Below, piece after piece: positions 46,173-55,966 of a DNA stretch of 64,000 nt. The stretch's first letter is position 1; the number at the start of each line of letters is the position of its first letter. Origin of the DNA: Dehalococcoidia bacterium (GTDB taxonomy: Bacteria; Chloroflexota; Dehalococcoidia; Tepidiformales; Tepidiformaceae). The stretch spans positions 4,649 through 68,648 of the forward strand of contig JADYYG010000038.1 in assembly GCA_020853755.1 (NCBI GenBank), read 5' to 3'. The notes beneath the pieces are model-generated. The model did no database searches. It was given only the letters and a program-made list of their open reading frames with translations, and had not been told where the DNA came from. The translations under genes were made by a program, and so were the position numbers.

Positions 46173-47558
46173 TTATCCGGCCGGCCCGGCAGTCTGTGCC
46201 TCGGTGGCCGCTGCCGGGCCCGAACCCTGCGCGAACCAGAGCCACGCGAACCCGGCGAGACCCGCGACCGTGGACGCCGCGAGGATGCCCAGCTTCGCCT
46301 CGTCCACCATGCTGGCGTCATTGAAGGCCAGGTTCGTGATGAAGAGCGAGACGGTGAAGCCGATGCCTGCGACCAGCCCCGCGCCGAGCATCTGCCTGTA
46401 GCCCAGGCCGCCGGGCAGGTCAGCGAGGCGGAGGCGGACGGCGAGGAAGCTCGCGAGGAGGATGCCCGCCGGTTTGCCGAGGGCCAGGCCGGTCGCCACG
46501 CCGAGGCTCACCGGGCTCGCCAGCGAATCGGACACGAGCGAGGACGAGATGGCCACGCCTGCATTCATGAACGCGAACACCGGGACGATGAGGTAGCTGA
46601 CCCACGGGTGGAGCATTCGTTCGAGGCGGTCCAGCGGCGATTCGCTGCCCCGGCTCAGGGCCTCGAACTCGCCGAGGAGTTGCTGGGCGCGGTCACCGTC
46701 GCCAGCGGCAAGCGCCTGCCGGTAGCTGGCGAGGAGGTCGACGGCGCTGGCTTCGAACGCTTCCCGGGCGAACTGCGGCCGCGCCGGCGTGAGCGCTGCA
46801 AGGATCACGCCGGCCAGCGTGGCATGGATGCCGCTCTTGTAGACGGCCATCCAGAGCGCCACGCCGAGGACAACGTACACGTCGGTGCTCTGAACCCCTG
46901 CGCGCTTCAGGGTAACGATGGCGGCGAGGACAACGGCCGCCCACGCTACCGCTTCGAGCGAGATGCTGCCGCTGTAGAACACGGCGATGACGAGGATCGC
47001 GCCAAGGTCATCGACGATGGCGAGGGCGAGGAGGAACACCTTGAGCGAGACGGGCACGCGCCTGCCGAGGAGGGCGAGGACGCCCATTGCGAAGGCGATG
47101 TCGGTCGCCATGGGGATGCCCCAGCCGTGGGCGCTGTCGCTCCCCAGGTTCCAGCCGGCGTAGATGAGTGCGGGCACGGCCATGCCGCCAAGGGCCGCGG
47201 CGACGGGGAGGGCAGCCTTGCGCCGCCCGGCCAGTTCGCCGGTCAGCAGTTCGCGCTTGATTTCGAGGCCGACGACGAAGAAGAAGACCGTCATCAGGCC
47301 GTCGTTCACGAGGTGGCCGAGGCTGTCATCGATCGTGAACGCGCCGAAGTCGGCCTGCAGGCGGGCGTGGACCAGGTCGGCGTAGCGCCCGTCCCACGCC
47401 GAGTTCGCCCAGGCGAGGGCGATCAGCGTGGCCGCGAGCAGGAATACGCCGCCCGAGGCCTCGGTGTTGACGAACTCGCTGATCGGCTGGATGAAGCGCT
47501 CGCGGACGAAGCGCGGGCCGGGCCGCCAGAGCCGGGAAAGCGTCTCCATTCCGTCCAT
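46173..47558 (-). CDS. nhaA: Na+/H+ antiporter NhaA
   Basis: 461 aa and polytopic, with characteristic NhaA segments (FLLALAIVDDLGAILVIAVFY, the DD pair). Confidence 0.9.
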   Translation of the reverse strand: MDGMETLSRLWRPGPRFVRERFIQPISEFVNTEASGGVFLLAATLIALAWANSAWDGRYADLVHARLQADFGAFTIDDSLGHLVNDGLMTVFFFVVGLEIKRELLTGELAGRRKAALPVAAALGGMAVPALIYAGWNLGSDSAHGWGIPMATDIAFAMGVLALLGRRVPVSLKVFLLALAIVDDLGAILVIAVFYSGSISLEAVAWAAVVLAAIVTLKRAGVQSTDVYVVLGVALWMAVYKSGIHATLAGVILAALTPARPQFAREAFEASAVDLLASYRQALAAGDGDRAQQLLGEFEALSRGSESPLDRLERMLHPWVSYLIVPVFAFMNAGVAISSSLVSDSLASPVSLGVATGLALGKPAGILLASFLAVRLRLADLPGGLGYRQMLGAGLVAGIGFTVSLFITNLAFNDASMVDEAKLGILAASTVAGLAGFAWLWFAQGSGPAAATEAQTAGPAG

Positions 47559-47656
47559 TCAAACACACCTGCGGGTGTCTTCGCGCCCGGTACCCGCCGG
47601 GCAACGAAAAAGGGCGCCCGCTGGGCGCCCTCTCCAAGCTTGCCGGGTGGCTGGCG

Positions 47657-48886
47657 TTACAGCCGTTCGATGATAGTGGCCGTGCCCATGCCGCCGCCGG
47701 TGCACATCGCGATGAGCGCCGTCGACTGGTTGCGCCGCTCGAGTTCGTCGAGCGCGGTCTGGATGAGCATACCGCCGGTCGCGCCGATGGGGTGGCCGAG
47801 GGCGATGGCGCCGCCGTTCACGTTCAGCTTCTCGTTGCCGAGGTCCATCTCGCGCTGCCACTTGAGGACGACGGCCGCGAAGGCTTCATTGATCTCGAAG
47901 AGGTCGATGTTCTCCTTGCGCATGCCGGCCTTCTTCAGAACGAGCTGTGTGGCCGGGGCCGGGGCCGTCAGCATGATCACGGGCTCGCTGCCGGCTGTCG
48001 CGGTCATGACGACGCGGCCGCGCGGCTTCAGGCCGCGGGACTTCGCGTACTCCGGCGATGCGAGCAGGAGCGCGCTCGCGCCATCGACCACACCGGAGGA
48101 GTTGCCCGCGTGGTGGACGTGATTGACCTCGCTGATCTGCGGGTACACGGCTTTGCAGATCTCGTCGAAGCTGCGCGTGTCGTTCGGCGGGTTCATGGCG
48201 CCCATCTTCGCGAACGACGGGTTGAGGCCGGCCAGGCTCTCCATCGTGGTGCCTGCGCGGGGGTATTCGTCGTGGTCGAGGGCGAGCGTGCCGTCATCGT
48301 TGTGAATCGGGACGACGCTGCGCTTGAAGTGGCCCGCATCGATGGCGGCGGCAGCACGGCGCTGGCTTTCGACGCCGAGGCGGTCGCAGTCTTCGCGGCT
48401 GAAGCCCTCAACCGTCGCGATGAGGTCGGCCGAGATGCCCTGCGGAACCAGCGGGTACTGGGCGTAGAGGTGGGCGTTGTTCGCCGTGAAGCCGTCGACG
48501 CTGAGCGGCGCCGTGCGCGACATCGATTCGATGCCGCCGGCGACGACGAGATCCTGCTGTCCGGACATCACGCTCATCGCCGCCACGTTGACGGCCTGCT
48601 GGGCCGAACCGCAGAAGCGGTGGAGGGTGACACCGGGGACGCTCACCGGCCAGCCTGCATCGAGCGTGGCCATGCGGGCGATGTCCATCGCATGGTCGCC
48701 CACGCCGGACCCATTGCCCATGATGACGTCTTCGACGTCTGCGGGGTCGAAGCCGGCGCGTTCCTGCAGGGCGTTGAGGACCTGCGCGAGGATGCGCTGG
48801 GGGTGGATGTGGGTCATGCTGCCGACGCCCTGCTTGCCGCCTCCGCGGGGCGAGCGGACGCCTTCGATAATCCAGGCTTCAGACAC
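47657..48886 (-). CDS. acetyl-CoA C-acyl/acetyltransferase (thiolase)
   Basis: GTG at 48886 (VSEAWIIEGVRSPRG) after GGAGAG. The active-site Cys context is RFCGSAQQA, and the C-terminal CTGGGMG motif is present. Confidence 0.9.
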   Translation of the reverse strand: MSEAWIIEGVRSPRGGGKQGVGSMTHIHPQRILAQVLNALQERAGFDPADVEDVIMGNGSGVGDHAMDIARMATLDAGWPVSVPGVTLHRFCGSAQQAVNVAAMSVMSGQQDLVVAGGIESMSRTAPLSVDGFTANNAHLYAQYPLVPQGISADLIATVEGFSREDCDRLGVESQRRAAAAIDAGHFKRSVVPIHNDDGTLALDHDEYPRAGTTMESLAGLNPSFAKMGAMNPPNDTRSFDEICKAVYPQISEVNHVHHAGNSSGVVDGASALLLASPEYAKSRGLKPRGRVVMTATAGSEPVIMLTAPAPATQLVLKKAGMRKENIDLFEINEAFAAVVLKWQREMDLGNEKLNVNGGAIALGHPIGATGGMLIQTALDELERRNQSTALIAMCTGGGMGTATIIERL

Positions 48887-49024
48887 TGTGGCTCTCCGTA
48901 ACGTGGGTGATCTGGTCATGCGCAGCCCGTCGGCGGCGGCGCGTATGGCTTGGCCACATGGTAACGGGGAACGCTTGCTCGCGCCGGAGGCTGCGGGGAC
49001 GGAATGCCGGATGGCGGCCCAGGT

Positions 49025-49279
49025 CTACGGGATCGAAGGCAACAGGTCAGAGTACTTCGAGCTGGACGGGAGGCCGCCGAAGTAGTTCGCGTGGGTGATC
49101 TTGATGGTCTCCAGCGAATCGGAACCGATCAGGACAACCTCGATGCGCGGCCGACCCCAGTACTCACGTTCCTTCTTGTCGTAAGCATCGACCGCCTTCT
49201 TCCAGTTGCGACCAAACTCGATCGTCTCGATGAGCTTCCGGGCGTCGCGGTCATATACGAAGAGGTAGTGCTTGGTCAT
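49025..49279 (-). CDS. small hypothetical protein
   Basis: The ATG at 49279 after GAGGA gives 84 aa (MTKHYLFVYDRDARKLIETIEF..). It begins 10 nt after the stop of the PSP1/RicT gene, so it probably shares that operon. Confidence 0.6.
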   Translation of the reverse strand: MTKHYLFVYDRDARKLIETIEFGRNWKKAVDAYDKKEREYWGRPRIEVVLIGSDSLETIKITHANYFGGLPSSSKYSDLLPSIP

Positions 49280-49289
49280 GAGTTTTCCT

Positions 49290-50678
49290 CTACTCCGCCG
49301 AAGGCGCGCCGCCGCCGCCGCGCCCGCGCCGTCGCCTGCGGGAGGAACGCTGGCCTTCGCCGGGTTGACCCTCTGGCGTGCTGGCTTCGCCCTGGGGGCG
49401 CTGCTCGCGTGGCGGTCGTGGCTCGCGCGGTGGCCGTGTCTGTGCCGGTTCTGCCGCTTCACCGCCGCGCCGGAAGACGCGGCCTTCGCCGAGGTTCTGC
49501 GGTTCGCTCCGTGGCGGGCCGCCGCGCCCGCGTTCCCGCCGCGGCTGCCCTTCACTCGGCTGCTGCTGGCGTGGCTCGTTGCCCTGACGGCGTCCTCCCT
49601 GCTGCTGGCGGCCTTGCGGGCGTTCGGGGGCCTGTTCCCCGCGAGGCGGTCGCGCGGGCACGTTGCGCCGGGGTCCGCCGCCGGGCAGGCGTCCGCGCCC
49701 CGGGCCGGGGTCGAGGATTGGCCGTTCGTCCAGCCAGTCTGGCGCCTGCTGCTGGCGAGCGGCGGCCAGCACATCTTCTTCGGTCTCTTCGATGAGCCCC
49801 TGGGCAATGGCTTCGGCCCGGCTGATGCTCGGCGGCGGGTCGCCACTCTTGCTGCCGGTGTCCCAGCGGACCACCGTCCCGAGGTCCCGGTCCGGCACTT
49901 CGACGCGCTGGCCATCGGCCCAGAGGGTGATGGAGCGGCGGAGGATATTGATGGCGATGACCTTGCCTTCGCCGGTAGGGGTGCTGCAGCGCTGCCCGAT
50001 CTTTGGCAGCGTCTTGCGCATCTCCTTGTAGCCTTCCTCTTCGTAGCTCAGGCAGCAGAGCAGCCGCCCGCAAAGCCCGCTGATCTTCTGCGGGTTGAGG
50101 GGCAACTCCTGTTCCTTCGCCATCCGGATGGAGATGCTGGGGAAGGTCGTTAGCCAGCTCGAACAGCAGAGTTCGCGGCCGCAGATGCCGTAGCCGCCGG
50201 CCAGCTTGGCCCGGTCGCGAGCGCCCATCTGGCGCATGTCGACCCGGGCCTTGAAGCGGTCGCTCGCGCGCTTGAGGAACTCGCGATAGTCGAGCCGCTC
50301 CTCGCTCGTGAACGAAAAGGTCAGGCGCCGCCCGTCGAGGGTGTATTCGGCGGCGTCGATGTGGGCGGGAAATCGCAGCTCCTCGCCGAGGCGGCGGGCC
50401 TCGGGGAGCAGTTCCTCCGCCTGGTTTCGAAGCTGGTCGGCCTTGCGGATGTCCCCTTCGGTGGCGAGCCGGAGGATCGGCTTCAGCTCCTCGCGGCCCA
50501 TCTCGTTGACCACCACCTGGTCCGGCGCGATGACCACCTTGGCGATCTCGGGACCGCGCACGGTTTCGACCACGACGTATTCGCCCGGCTCCAGGCGCAT
50601 CCCGGCGGTGTGGAAGTAGAAGATCTTTCCGGCGTTTCGAAAGCGTACGCCGGCGACGCGAGGCAATTCTTCAGGCAT
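49290..50678 (-). CDS. PSP1-domain protein (RicT/YaaT-like) with long Arg/Gly/Gln/Pro-rich C-terminal tail
   Basis: ATG at 50678 (MPEELPRVAGVRFRNAGKIFYF). The PSP1 core has the Cys cluster GICGRELCCSSWL...GLCGRLLCCLSYE. The last ~190 aa are low-complexity RGG/RQ-rich. Confidence 0.85.
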   Translation of the reverse strand: MPEELPRVAGVRFRNAGKIFYFHTAGMRLEPGEYVVVETVRGPEIAKVVIAPDQVVVNEMGREELKPILRLATEGDIRKADQLRNQAEELLPEARRLGEELRFPAHIDAAEYTLDGRRLTFSFTSEERLDYREFLKRASDRFKARVDMRQMGARDRAKLAGGYGICGRELCCSSWLTTFPSISIRMAKEQELPLNPQKISGLCGRLLCCLSYEEEGYKEMRKTLPKIGQRCSTPTGEGKVIAINILRRSITLWADGQRVEVPDRDLGTVVRWDTGSKSGDPPPSISRAEAIAQGLIEETEEDVLAAARQQQAPDWLDERPILDPGPGRGRLPGGGPRRNVPARPPRGEQAPERPQGRQQQGGRRQGNEPRQQQPSEGQPRRERGRGGPPRSEPQNLGEGRVFRRGGEAAEPAQTRPPREPRPPREQRPQGEASTPEGQPGEGQRSSRRRRRGRGGGGAPSAE

Positions 50679-50772
50679 AAGCCGCGGGTTCTTCCTCTCG
50701 GCGAAGAACCAGTGTAGCGCGGGGACTGCCCTCGGGCACTCCGGGCCGCAGCGAGCCCCGGGCGCGCCCTGG

Positions 50773-51519
50773 CTATGCCCTCGTGGCAAGCGCCGGGCGG
50801 ATGACCTCGAGCAGCCTGTCGGCCATCATCACGTGGAACGGCTCGCGGCGGTGGATGAGGTCCCCTATGTGGGCGGCGTCGCGCCCCAACTCATCGATGA
50901 TCGACTGGCTTTCGAACCAGGTCAGGCGGCGTTCATTTACCCGCCGGTGGATCACACGGTTGTGGCTTGCGATTTCGTCGTTCACCTTCGGCCATGTCTT
51001 GAGCAGGTCTCCGTGCTGGTCCGTCTTCCCGACGACGACGGCGAAGGCTTCCTCCCGCGCGACCCGGTCGATGATCTTCAGCCAGCGAGCTTCGGCCACC
51101 GAGCGGGAGAGGAACGTCCCGGGCGGCACCGTGTGGCGGACTATCCAGTGCACGCCGCTCGCAACTTTCTCGGCCACCCGGTGGGAGCGCGCGTGTTCGT
51201 CCATGCGCCGCTGTTGGCGTTCGGCCCATCCCCCGGCGCCCCGTCCGAACCACTTGCGCAGCCGGATTGGCACCGTCCGGAATGACCAGCTCACGCCGTT
51301 GACACAGACCACGATGATGTCCGGTTCGGCCGAGGCAATCGCCTGTTCGAAGCGGTCTTCCCAGCCCTCGGCGTGCACGTAAAGGCGGCAGAACGACAGT
51401 TCGAGGTCAGTGCCGCACTCCGTAGCTGCGCGCTCTTTAAGGAGCACCGGCCATGCCAGCGAGCGGTCGGGAAGGTTCGAACCGTCGCTGTCGCTGCTGC
51501 CGAAGACCAACAAGTGCAT
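50773..51519 (-). CDS. SGNH/GDSL-like hydrolase family protein (tentative)
   Basis: 248 aa. The N-terminal LLVFGSSDSDG resembles block I of SGNH hydrolases. It lies between holB and the PSP1 gene. Confidence 0.55.
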   Translation of the reverse strand: MHLLVFGSSDSDGSNLPDRSLAWPVLLKERAATECGTDLELSFCRLYVHAEGWEDRFEQAIASAEPDIIVVCVNGVSWSFRTVPIRLRKWFGRGAGGWAERQQRRMDEHARSHRVAEKVASGVHWIVRHTVPPGTFLSRSVAEARWLKIIDRVAREEAFAVVVGKTDQHGDLLKTWPKVNDEIASHNRVIHRRVNERRLTWFESQSIIDELGRDAAHIGDLIHRREPFHVMMADRLLEVIRPALATRA

Positions 51520-51564
51520 AGCGGCGGCAATAGTAACGGAATTACGCTTTGTGGATAGCCGGCA

Positions 51565-52668
51565 TCAGGCCGTCGCCTGCGCCTCTTCGACCGCGACGCT
51601 CGCCAGCCGCGGGAAGCAGAGCAGCATGTATTCGAGGGCGACGCGGGCGATGACCTGCGTGGTCAGGTCTTCGCGCGCCTGGGCGATCGCCTTGAGCGCG
51701 CCAAGTGCGCCGCGCAGGTCTTCCTCGCTGGCGCCCTCCGAAGCGCCGTCGCGCAGGCGCTGCTCCCAGAAGGCCTCCCAGACGTCGAGTTCGTTGAGCA
51801 CGCCGGCGCGGTCCTTGCGCCAGGTTTCTGCGAGCGTGGTAGCGTAGCGGAAGCGTTCGCCTGTGCCTTCGCCGGCCAGCCGCGCGCACCGTTCCCACAA
51901 CCGTCCGCGGATGTCCATCAGGTCGGGCCGTTCGGCGAAGGCGATCGCCTGGCCCGGGCGGCCGCGGGCGGCTTCGGCGCAGCGGGCGGCAAGCGCCAGG
52001 TCGAACCCGCGGGCGACGAGCCCCGCTTCGATTTCGGACCGCGGCACAGGCTGGACGTCGATCCGCCGGCAGCGCGAGCGGATGGTTTCGAGCAGCGCTT
52101 CGGGCGCGGCCGTGACCAGGCAGAAGACGGTGTGGCCGGGCGGTTCTTCCAGCGTCTTGAGGATGGTGTGGGCGGCCGTGCCCTCGCGGTAGAGCCGGTC
52201 AGCCGGGTCGATGATGACGAGGCGGTAGCGGGCTTCGAAGGGGTACTTCGCCACGAGGTCGATGAGGCCGCGGACCTGGCAGATGCGGATGTCGCGCGAG
52301 TCGGCGTGCTGAGCGTGGCTCTCGCCGTCACGCGGCCGGCAGAGCGTATCGCCCGGCCCGAGCGTGATGACGTCCGGGTGTGAACGCTCGCTGATGAGGC
52401 GGCAGGGACGGCATTCGCCGCACGGTTCGCCCAACGTCGCCGGACCGGTCTGCAGCTCCGAAAGCGTGTCATCACCGAAGAGTGATGCCCCGGCGGCGGG
52501 CGGCGCGTTGAGCCGTTCGCAGTTCAACAGCTTCGCGTACTCGAGGGCGAGGGCGGTGCGCCCGGAGGAATCCGGCCCGGCGAAGAGGATGGAGTGCGGC
52601 GGGTCGTCGCTCGCGGCCAGGGCCTGGAGTTCGCGGACGATGGCGGCATGGCCGATGAGGGCGCTCAC
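51565..52668 (-). CDS. holB: DNA polymerase III delta-prime subunit
   Basis: 367 aa and AAA+-like (HSILFAGPDSSGRT), with a Zn-module-like CGECRPC. It sits upstream of a PSP1 gene, as in Firmicutes. Confidence 0.8.
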   Translation of the reverse strand: MSALIGHAAIVRELQALAASDDPPHSILFAGPDSSGRTALALEYAKLLNCERLNAPPAAGASLFGDDTLSELQTGPATLGEPCGECRPCRLISERSHPDVITLGPGDTLCRPRDGESHAQHADSRDIRICQVRGLIDLVAKYPFEARYRLVIIDPADRLYREGTAAHTILKTLEEPPGHTVFCLVTAAPEALLETIRSRCRRIDVQPVPRSEIEAGLVARGFDLALAARCAEAARGRPGQAIAFAERPDLMDIRGRLWERCARLAGEGTGERFRYATTLAETWRKDRAGVLNELDVWEAFWEQRLRDGASEGASEEDLRGALGALKAIAQAREDLTTQVIARVALEYMLLCFPRLASVAVEEAQATA

Positions 52669-52705
52669 AGGGAAAGTCTAAACGGAGTTGCGGCGCGGCG
52701 CGGCG

Positions 52706-53413
52706 CTAAAACCCCAGCTTCTCCCGGCGCATGCTCACGAAGCTGTTCGTCCCGATCACGATGTGGTCTTCGACGGTAATGTCGAGCAGCTTGCCCGCGG
52801 CCGTGAAGGCCTTCGTTGAGGCCACGTCCTGGGGGCTGGGCCGCGGGTCCCCTGACGGGTGGTTGTGGACGAGGATGACCGACGGCGCGTCGAGGATGAC
52901 GGCCTCCCGGAAGAGCTCGGCCGGGCGGAGCGAGATGGAGTTCGCCGTGCCCGAAATGACCGGGTTGATGCCGCCGAGAAGCCGGCCCTTCGTGTCGAGC
53001 GCGAGGCAGAAGAGGTCCTCGCGGCGCGCGCCGATGAGCCGCGGGCCCATCAGGTCCATCACCCTCTCCGGCGTGCGCAGGTCGGGGCGTTCGCCCATCG
53101 TCAGGCCCTGGGCGCGACGCCCCAGTTCGATTGCCGCAGCGAGTTGGGCGGCCTTTGCCGGGCCAAGGCCGCGCGTGCGCTGGAGGGCTTTCGGACCCGC
53201 GCGCAGCAGTCCGTCGATGCCGCCGAAGGTTTCGAGCAGCCCCCGCGCCATATCGACCACGTTCTCGCCGGGCACGCCGGAGCGCAGGACGATGGCGATG
53301 AGGTCGGCGTCGCTGAGGGTTTCGGGGCCGTGTTCGAGGAGGCGTTCGCGGGGGCGCTCATCGCCCGCCCAGTCGCGGATGGTGCGGTAGGCCGGGCGCT
53401 CTCCGTCTGACAT
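52706..53413 (-). CDS. radC: RadC-family JAB/MPN domain protein
   Basis: 235 aa with an N-terminal HhH region and the C-terminal HNHPSGDPRPSPQD JAMM motif. Confidence 0.9.
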   Translation of the reverse strand: MSDGERPAYRTIRDWAGDERPRERLLEHGPETLSDADLIAIVLRSGVPGENVVDMARGLLETFGGIDGLLRAGPKALQRTRGLGPAKAAQLAAAIELGRRAQGLTMGERPDLRTPERVMDLMGPRLIGARREDLFCLALDTKGRLLGGINPVISGTANSISLRPAELFREAVILDAPSVILVHNHPSGDPRPSPQDVASTKAFTAAGKLLDITVEDHIVIGTNSFVSMRREKLGF

Positions 53414-53455
53414 CCGGCCGATTCTACCCGCGGTACGCTCGATGCGCGGGACGCG

Positions 53456-53498
53456 AAAAAGCGAGGCACGGAAAGAGAGGGGGAGTTCCGTGCCTCGC
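53456..53498 (-). terminator. intrinsic terminator (12-bp perfect stem)
   Basis: The minus strand reads GCGAGGCACGGA-(14 nt)-TCCGTGCCTCGC followed by TTTTT, downstream of the small CDS 53549..53734. Confidence 0.75.
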
Positions 53499-53548
53499 TG
53501 GAAAAAAGGTAGCTTCCGCTCGGTGGGAGGATGTGCGGTTCGAAGGCC

Positions 53549-53734
53549 TCAGGCCGCGATGCGGTGTTCTTCGTTGGTGATGAAGTCGGTGTCTTCGAGC
53601 CAGTTCTTAAAGTCGCGCGAGGCGCCGCAGGTCTTGCAGCGGCCCTTGCTCAGCGGCCCGGAGGCCTCTTCGATGATCCAGTGGTGGGCGTGCTGCGCGG
53701 TGCGCGGGGCCAGGTCGAGAATCGTTGCTTCCAT
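53549..53734 (-). CDS. small hypothetical protein (possible CxxC zinc-binding)
   Basis: 61 aa with a GGAGGG SD upstream. It contains RCKTCG. A strong terminator follows. Confidence 0.65.
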   Translation of the reverse strand: MEATILDLAPRTAQHAHHWIIEEASGPLSKGRCKTCGASRDFKNWLEDTDFITNEEHRIAA

Positions 53735-53908
53735 TGTGTTGTCCCTCCGTGGTGAGGCCGGTGTCCCGTGCTCTCTCCTGTATGACCAGATAGTAGGTAC
53801 ACCCTTCCATGGCTACTCCCGACTGGCGGGTGACGCGGGGTCACCCGAAAGTCGGAAAATGTGGCGAATGCCACACTGCGACGTTACCCGGCATGGATGG
53901 GAAGCTGA

Positions 53909-54820
53909 TTGGAATCGCCTGAGATTTCGCTAAGAATCCGGGAGCGGCTCATCGGCGCCAACGGCGAGGCCGGGCGTGAGTGGCTGGCACGCTTCCCGGC
54001 GCTGCTGCGCGAGGTCTGCGCCCGCTGGGACGTTGTCTCGCTCGAGCCCGCGTTCGAATACGTGGGGTACGCCTGGGTGGCGCCGGTCCGCCTCGGGAGC
54101 GGCGAACCCGCCGTGCTAAAACTCGCCCCGCCGGGCCCCGAATCGGTCGCGGAGTGCGCGGCCCTCCGTCTCTATGACGGGGACGGCGCGGTTCGCCTGC
54201 TCGAAGCCGACCCCGCAGCCGTGGCGTTGCTGCTCGAACGGCTCGAACCGGGCACGCCGCTCGCAGACCTCGAAGACGACACCGAGGCGACGGCGATCGC
54301 CGCTCGGGCGATGGCGCGCTGCTTCCGGCCGCTGCCAGCGAACCATGAGTTCCCCACCGTCGAACGGCTGGGGGCAGCCTTTGCGCGGGTGCGGGCTGCG
54401 AACGGCGGCGGCTGCGGGCCCTTCCCGGTTGACCTGTTCGACCCGGCCGAGCGCCTCTATTTCGAACTCTGCGCGAGCCAGGCGCCGCCCGTCCTGCTCC
54501 ACGGCGACCTCCACCACTGGAACATCCTCCGCGCTGGCCGCGAACCGTGGCTCGTGATCGACCCGAAGGGCGTCGCCGGTGAACCAGCCTTCGACCCCGC
54601 GGCGTATCTGCGCAACCGTGTCGACGTCGAAGGAGATGTGACTGCGACGGCGCTTCGGCGCATCGCTCAGTTCGCGGAGACCCTCGGCGTCGACCACGAG
54701 CGGGTGCTGCGGTGGGCGTTCGCGGCAGGCATGCTCAGCGCCCTCTGGGACTTCGAAGACCACGGCGACGCCGAGGAGCGCTGGCTGGCGCTCCCGCAGG
54801 CGTTGCTGCCGTTTATATAA
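53909..54820 (+). CDS. aminoglycoside/protein-kinase-like phosphotransferase (APH family)
   Basis: 303 aa with the catalytic-loop motif HGDLHHWN followed by IDPKG. TTG start is uncertain. Confidence 0.75.
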   Translation: MESPEISLRIRERLIGANGEAGREWLARFPALLREVCARWDVVSLEPAFEYVGYAWVAPVRLGSGEPAVLKLAPPGPESVAECAALRLYDGDGAVRLLEADPAAVALLLERLEPGTPLADLEDDTEATAIAARAMARCFRPLPANHEFPTVERLGAAFARVRAANGGGCGPFPVDLFDPAERLYFELCASQAPPVLLHGDLHHWNILRAGREPWLVIDPKGVAGEPAFDPAAYLRNRVDVEGDVTATALRRIAQFAETLGVDHERVLRWAFAAGMLSALWDFEDHGDAEERWLALPQALLPFI

Positions 54821-54835
54821 GCCGGGCGGCCGGGC

Positions 54836-55771
54836 TTAGAACCAGTGGCGGCGGCGGAAGAAGTAGGCCATCCCGAGCATCACGCCCGTGATGCCGCCGA
54901 TCATCAGGGCGAACCCGGTCTGGCTGTGCAGCCCGGGCACGTTATCGAAGTTCGTGCCGAAGACCCCGGTGATGAGCGTGCCCGGCAGCGCCAGCGCCGA
55001 GACGACGGCGAGCACCTTCATCACTTCGTTGAGCTTGTTGTTCATCGCGCTCAAATACATGCTCAGGGCGACTTCCGTGTCCTCGCGCAACTCCTCGAGG
55101 GCGAGGTCCACCCGGAGGAGGTGGTCGTACACGTCGCGGAAGTAGGGCCGGTCCGAGGGTTCGACGACGGCGAATTCGCCGCGGCCGAGGCGCATCATGA
55201 ACTGGAGTTCGGGCGTGAGCAGCCGCCGCATCTTGCCGGCAAGGCCGCGCTGGGCCATCACCCGCCGGTGGTCCTCGCCAAGCCGCCCGTCTATCAGGAT
55301 GTGATCCTCGATGGCGTCGAGTTCCTCCCCGAGCTGTGTGACGATCGGGATCATCGCGTCCACCGAGCGGTCGGCGACTTCGTAGAACAGGCCGGAAGCG
55401 CCGGGGCGAAGGTTCATCCCGCTTTCGAGCGCGTTCACCACGCCCGCGATGGCGGCGGGCAGCTCGGGCGCGTCGTGATAGGTAATCAGGAAGTCTTTGC
55501 CGAGGAAGATGTCGAGTTCCTGGACCTCCGGCGTCGTCTCGCCCTCGACCATGTCGGCGAGGATCATGAACAAGTAGCTGTTGAAGTCTTCGAGCTTGGG
55601 CGTGTGCAGGTAGGGTGAAAGACAATCGTCGACCGCGAGTGGATGGAGGGCGAAGGTGGCGGCCAGCGTGCGGAGCGGCGCTTCATCCTCGCGGCAGAGG
55701 TCGAACCAGCGCAGCCCGCTGCCGGCGTCACCCGGCTGCCATCGCCCATCGACCCGTGACCACGCGTGCAT
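54836..55771 (-). CDS. corA: CorA-family divalent-cation transporter with GTN in place of GMN
   Basis: 311 aa with two C-terminal TM helices. The signature loop reads FGTNFDNVPG. Codons GGC ACG AAC at 54958..54950 were verified on the sequence. Confidence 0.8.
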   Translation of the reverse strand: MHAWSRVDGRWQPGDAGSGLRWFDLCREDEAPLRTLAATFALHPLAVDDCLSPYLHTPKLEDFNSYLFMILADMVEGETTPEVQELDIFLGKDFLITYHDAPELPAAIAGVVNALESGMNLRPGASGLFYEVADRSVDAMIPIVTQLGEELDAIEDHILIDGRLGEDHRRVMAQRGLAGKMRRLLTPELQFMMRLGRGEFAVVEPSDRPYFRDVYDHLLRVDLALEELREDTEVALSMYLSAMNNKLNEVMKVLAVVSALALPGTLITGVFGTNFDNVPGLHSQTGFALMIGGITGVMLGMAYFFRRRHWF

Positions 55772-55966
55772 TGCGCGATCCTAGGGCCTGCGCGGGTAGC
55801 GGCGAACCAGCCCCGCGGGCGCGGTTTGCCGGCGCCCTCGGTCTTTGGTCGGATTGCCGGGCCGAGCGTGAACCGGGCCACTGTTGGTAGTCGAGCAAAC
55901 AGGGAACCTCGAGTGCAGGCGCTGGCGGAGGCGCCGCCACTTTTGTTTGAGGGAGCACCCCATTTC

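Noticed and set aside
45966-48122. 718-aa plus-strand ORF, and similar long ORFs (e.g. 6490..7719, 21723..23414, 26339..28003, 15119..16486)
   Set aside because: They run antisense or out of frame to well-supported genes (nhaA, thiolase, anti-sigma, helicase, P450, serine hydrolase). Their Arg/Gly/Asp/His-rich compositions are typical of GC-driven spurious ORFs.
53909-54820. The APH-family kinase (and ABC-F ATPase 40694..42415) as antibiotic-resistance determinants
   Set aside because: Only family-level motifs are visible. Both families are dominated by housekeeping or unknown-substrate members, and there is no mobile context.
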